DNA of 64,000 nt from Camelus ferus (lineage: Eukaryota), in the NCBI RefSeq assembly GCF_009834535.1, contig NC_045696.1:63676001-63740000 (forward strand), given 5' to 3'. This document shows positions 59,751 through 64,000 of the stretch, in pieces. The notes under the pieces were generated by a model. It was not told the DNA's origin, searched no databases, and saw only the letters and a program-made list of their open reading frames with translations. Made by a program: the position numbers and the translations under genes. Numbering within the stretch: the first letter of the stretch is position 1; each line of letters starts with the position of its first letter.

Positions 59751-60289
59751 CACCGCAGGGTCACAGTGAGAGACTAAAGCAGACAGCTCAGGGTGAGGGC
59801 ATGTGGTAGAGATGCGTACAGAGGACAGTGCAGGAAGAATGCACACGCGTCTGGGGAGCTTGGCAAGGCCTCCCTGCGGTCTTTCTAGAATCATGACCTC
59901 TGTGGTCTGTATTTCCAGGTCACTGCCATCCAAGAACCAGGAAATGGCTTGCAGACAAAGGCAAGGTGGAATCTTGACCTCATATTTAATCAGAGCGCAC
60001 GTCTCCCTCCCGAGTTGACTGTCTTTCTATGAACAAGTGTCGGGTGGGGATTGTGATCTATTTTCTGCTTCCCTTCCTGTACTAATCAACACTAATACTT
60101 CTGGAAACCTAGAGTTCCATGTCCTATGGGCTTGGTGTGCCACCACCTTCAACCTCTTCTGACCCGGAGCTTGGAAATAATACTTCCTGGTAAGCACTCC
60201 CCAGTTCATACCCCCTAGGATGCCCTCTAGGGAACATCCTCGGGACGGATCTGGTTGGTTCCGGCTCTGCCCGAGGTATGAAATCATCC

Positions 60290-60430
60290 TTATGGTTGGA
60301 TGTTACAAAGAGACAGACTTCACTCAGAACAAGGAAGAAGTCTCAAAAACAACAGAAACAGCCCCAAACGAATAATTCTGACCAGTGAGGGGTTTGAACA
60401 GTGGCTGGATGACCCTCTCCAAGAGGAGGA
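60290..60430 (+). mobile_element. L3/CR1 fragment
   Basis: GTTACAAAGAGACAGACTTC...AAGGAAGAA...TTGAACAGTGGCTGGATGACC. Confidence 0.55.
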
Positions 60431-60620
60431 CTCAGGAGACTTCCTGTCCTGCTCTCTTATAAACGAACTTTGTGACCTTGGACACATTTCTTGGCCTCTC
60501 TTAACTTGGTTTCATCATTTGAAAATGGAGATTACACATCTCTCCTTTGGCTGTTGTGAGAATTAAATGAGAATGACATCCAAATTCTTAGCATGCACCA
60601 GCCTGGCACACAGCTGATTC
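60428..60620 (+). mobile_element. MIR
   Basis: TGTGACCTTGGACA...TTTCATCATTTGAAAATGGAG...TGTTGTGAGAATTAAATGAGA. Confidence 0.8.
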
Positions 60621-60979
60621 CAGACAGATTTAGAGGGACTCTGTCATCGAAAGGGGCGAGTAGAATAACTTCTGAGTTTTGAGGTTTACAGTCCTCTGAT
60701 ACAGACATCTAATGAGAATTGATGAAACAATTTCATGGAATCCCAGAGACAAAGGCATATGAGCTTAGAGGCTCTATGATTACCCTGAAACCAGATGTAG
60801 TGAAGGAACATTTATTCACACAAAAGAATGTTATTAGGAGAGGAAAATAATTGTAGAAATTTTATGCCTAATAGTTTTTCACGTGTATAATCTGTTTTGG
60901 TCAAAAGAGATTCCAACATTTCATGTTTTATATTTAATGCCTTATGTTTATGGTTCATATAATGTTTATGATTAATGTT

Positions 60980-61700
60980 TCCATTTCAACTGGAAGAAAG
61001 TTTTGCTTTTTAAATGTCTATATGAACAAAGCTTTCATTGAAGCTGGAGGAGGGGGAAAACTTTCCTTTTTTAAAAATTTTGCCTGCCACCTGTTTAAAA
61101 TAGATTATTCCACGATCTGGTATGAGAAATAGGCATCCGTTTCCATCAAGTCCTCCACAAAATAAAAGCATCTGAATTTGTGGGCAGAGGGAAGTGCAAC
61201 TTCTTGTTCTTAATGCGGATGGAAAGAATCCCAAGAGACCAGTGAAGCAAGAAATTATCAAAGCTGCGGTATTTACTCAGTAACTTTGTGCCAGTGCCCG
61301 GCAAGCTGCCACCGCGGCTGCCAAGCCCCAGCACCCTCGCTGACCGGTGCCGGGGGGCTAGCCGCCCTGGGATGGAGGAAGCAGGAAGTTTGCTGAACCC
61401 GGACAGAAGAAAAAGAACTCATTCTGGAGAGTCCCAGCAGGTGGGGGAGCCCCTTCACACAGTGAGCCTCTTTTGACCCAGAGCACATAGCACATACAAT
61501 AGAGCTCTCTCAGGAGAGCGATTTTTTTTCTCCCCCTCCCCCTGGGTTTCTTCTTTGGCCCTCGGGATTTGTTCTAAACTGGCTCTCTGTGTGGCAGTCG
61601 TCTTGGCCTTTCTGGTTTTCTTTCCCTTTGGAACTCTCCGATCTTTCCATTGTGTGCCGTGTCCCTGTTAAAAGGCTGAGTCACTCTGCCTTGCAGCCTC
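60980..61700. promoter_or_regulatory. Candidate enhancer (TCF/RUNX/FOX/ETS/AP-1 motifs)
   Basis: ATCAAAG 61257, TGCGGT 61265, TATTTAC 61270, AGGAAG-CAGGAAGT 61376-89, TGAGTCA 61677; CpG patch 61298-61365. Confidence 0.35.
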
Positions 61701-62119
61701 CACACTCCCTCTTTGAATCAAGGTAACCTGGCAGGTGTTGGGTGGCTCAGTGGGGGAAAGGGCGCCTTTATTGGCCTGTCCCGGCCCCAGACCCCCTAGG
61801 GAGCATTGTGGAGGGTCACAGCTTTCAGGGGAGAAGCTGTCTGCAGAAGGCTGACAACAGCCACTCAGGCTAGATGACCTTTAAAGATCTTTTCCAGTTC
61901 TGAAATTTTTCAGATTCTGAAATGGTGCATGGTCCCCAGACAATGCCACTTGAGGAAGAGCAGAGGGAAGTGAAGATGTGTGTGACTCGGAGGAGACATC
62001 AGAGCTGCCTTGAAGATCCTTGGAATCTGGAAATGAAGAAGAGCGATTAGTTGTTTCCTGTGTGGCCTCAGAAGGTGGAAAGTTCGGCTGAAATTGTATC
62101 GCTGGATGAGTTTACAGCT

Positions 62120-62510
62120 CATATAGAAAAGGAGCCCTGACTTGGTATCTAGGGTCCCAGATATAAAGCCTGAAGACCTGGTTCCGAATCCTGACCCCTA
62201 CTTACCATCTGTGTGACCCTGGCCTAGTGACCTTACCTTGCTGAGCCTCTGTTTTCTTATAGGTCAAATGGTGATGATAAGACTGGATTTGCTTCTAACA
62301 TCCAGCTATTGTGAGAATCGAATAGCAGACAGGAAAGTGATTGTAAATTCTGAAGTTCCACAGATTTAATCTTATGGTCCAACCCCTTAATTTTATAGAG
62401 TAGGTAACCAAAGTCTAGGATGTTAAGAAACTCATGTGAGACCATACAATGTTGGTGTAAGGCAATAGCTGATAAGGCCTCAGGGTCCCTAGAAGCCCTG
62501 GGATGAAAGG
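62120..62510. mobile_element. MIR (+) followed by MIR (-)
   Basis: GACCTGGTTCCGAATCC...TGTGTGACCCTGG...CTGAGCCTCTGTTTTCT; then GTCCAACCCCTTAATTTTATAGAG. Confidence 0.7.
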
Positions 62511-62569
62511 CTCTTGGGGGGCCACAGGGCCATGATGCAGCCCCAACTTCCCAGTGGAGTCTCATCTCA

Positions 62570-63060
62570 CTCTTAATTTTATTTTCTGATTATATATGTA
62601 GCATGTGCTCACTGTGTGTAACTTGCAGAGCATAAAAGGCATAAGGAAGAAAACTTTGAAACATTTCCCAAGATTCTGCTTAACTGTTGAAATTTTGCTA
62701 TATACCTTTCCAGTCTTTTGGCTACGCATGTACATATTCTAACCTAATTGGGATAATATTTATGCGAAGTTTTGCATATTGATTCCTTTCTCACCTAACA
62801 GTTTGTTCTACATTTTGCCATTAAAATCCATTGCACCGTGTTTAATGCTCGCACAATCGTCTACCGGGCGGTTACACTGACTATCAAGGTTCTTTCCTGA
62901 TTGTTTGTCACTATAAGCAACAGTGTTGAACATTCTTATACTGTGCGCTGTTAAGTGCTGCCCCACCATCAAGCATCTGTTCCCGGTAGACTTCTCCAGG
63001 TGACTCCGGCCACCCTCTGAAACTCTTGCGCCATGTCTTTTGTAGAGACTCACAAGTGTT
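62570..63060 (-). mobile_element. Old L1ME-like fragment
   Basis: TTAACTGTTGAAATTTTGCTATATACCTTTCCAGTCTTTT...AACAGTGTTGAACATTCTT. Confidence 0.65.
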
Positions 63061-63264
63061 AGTTTGTCCCAGGGTGTTCTAGGTTTACCCTGATGACTGT
63101 GTGGTGTAGAGCATGACACACAGCTGAGGCCCAGAGCCCTACTGAAAGTACTTTATATTACATTACAAAGTATTTACATTAAGTATTTATTTTTGCCCTG
63201 TGTTGTTCCCAGAGACACTTAAGGTATCTGAGTTTCACTTGTCTTTCCTGGTTCAAGTTTCAGA

Positions 63265-63762
63265 TTAGACTTTGGTCCCCAAAGGTGCCTGCAAATAAAC
63301 TTCCCCCTCCCACATCCACATCCTTGAGAAGTCCCCTCTTCTTGAATTCCCCGTGACTCACTTTGGGGCAATCGTGTGCAAGTAGAAATGACTGATGCTT
63401 CTTGACTTCCAAGGCAGGTCATTGGAAGTCTTGCAGTAGTGCCCTGGGTCTCTGGGAACGCTCGCTGTGAGGAAAGCCACTGCATGTAGGAAGTCCGGCT
63501 ATCCTGAAATAGTCATGCTGTGAGGACTCCTAAACTAGCCACACGGAGGGGTCTGCCTAGCCAGGCCCAGGTCTTTCCGCCACCCCATTTGAGGCACCAA
63601 ACATGTGAGTGCAGAAGCCATCTTGGACACCCAGCCCAGTCGAGTGTTCAGAGGATCCCAGTCCCGGCCTCCATCTGACTGTCATTCCAGACCCCAGTGG
63701 GAACCACACAGCAGCTGAGCCCAGTCACCCTGCAGACTATACCAGGTTTGCAGAATAAATGA
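63265..63762 (+). mobile_element. MaLR LTR (MLT1G/H-like), 3' end truncated
   Basis: GACTTCCAAGGCAGGTCA...CATGTGAGTGCAGAAGCCATCTTGGAC...CAGCTGAGCCCAGTC...AATAAA. Confidence 0.8.
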
Positions 63763-64000
63763 AGAAAAGGACATGGCCTGGCTCAGCCTTGGGGAGCCCT
63801 GATCTACCGTGGGATCCACCTGAGTCAGTGACCTGCTGGGATTCAATACACAGGAACAAGGACCCTCACAGTGGACTGGCCCCTCTGCCAGGGGATGAGG
63901 TGATTCTGCCGACAGAGCAGGGAAGGATTTTCTGAAAGGATGACATTGAATTTGCATCTTGAAAACTGCCTAAGAGCTCACTGGCAGACACAGTGGAGGA

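Noticed and set aside
1..64000. Protein-coding gene or novel multi-gene system suggested by the many ORFs
   Set aside because: All ORFs are under 180 aa, overlap on both strands, and resemble no protein I know except L1 ORF2 and ERV-L fragments; I found no consistent exon chain

Overview
This is mammalian non-coding genomic DNA, most likely camelid (alpaca, llama or camel). The evidence is six tRNA-Ala(AGC)-derived SINEs of the camelid vic-1 type and several young cetartiodactyl-type L1 3' ends. I find no protein-coding gene, functional RNA gene or CRISPR array. The ORF track is essentially noise, apart from fragments that translate L1 ORF2 C-termini and an ERV-L protease. By eye, roughly half the window is transposon fossil: MIR, L2, L3/CR1, old and young L1, MaLR and ERV-L LTRs, hAT elements (Arthur1, MER5, MER3, MER58, MER102), a Tigger1 derivative and a ~3.9 kb ERV-L proviral remnant. 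Between these lie several repeat-free, motif-dense or CpG-retaining blocks that look like enhancers or a promoter, as in a large intron or regulatory gene desert. The most notable details are a long compound GAA tract nested in Tigger1 inside an LTR, an unidentified polyadenylated insert in a MER5A, a promoter-like NRF1/CRE/CCAAT block, a candidate 27-nt microexon and a chimeric old/young L1. I see no well-supported novel biological system. Repeat family names are from memory of consensus sequences, and boundaries are approximate unless TSDs are quoted.
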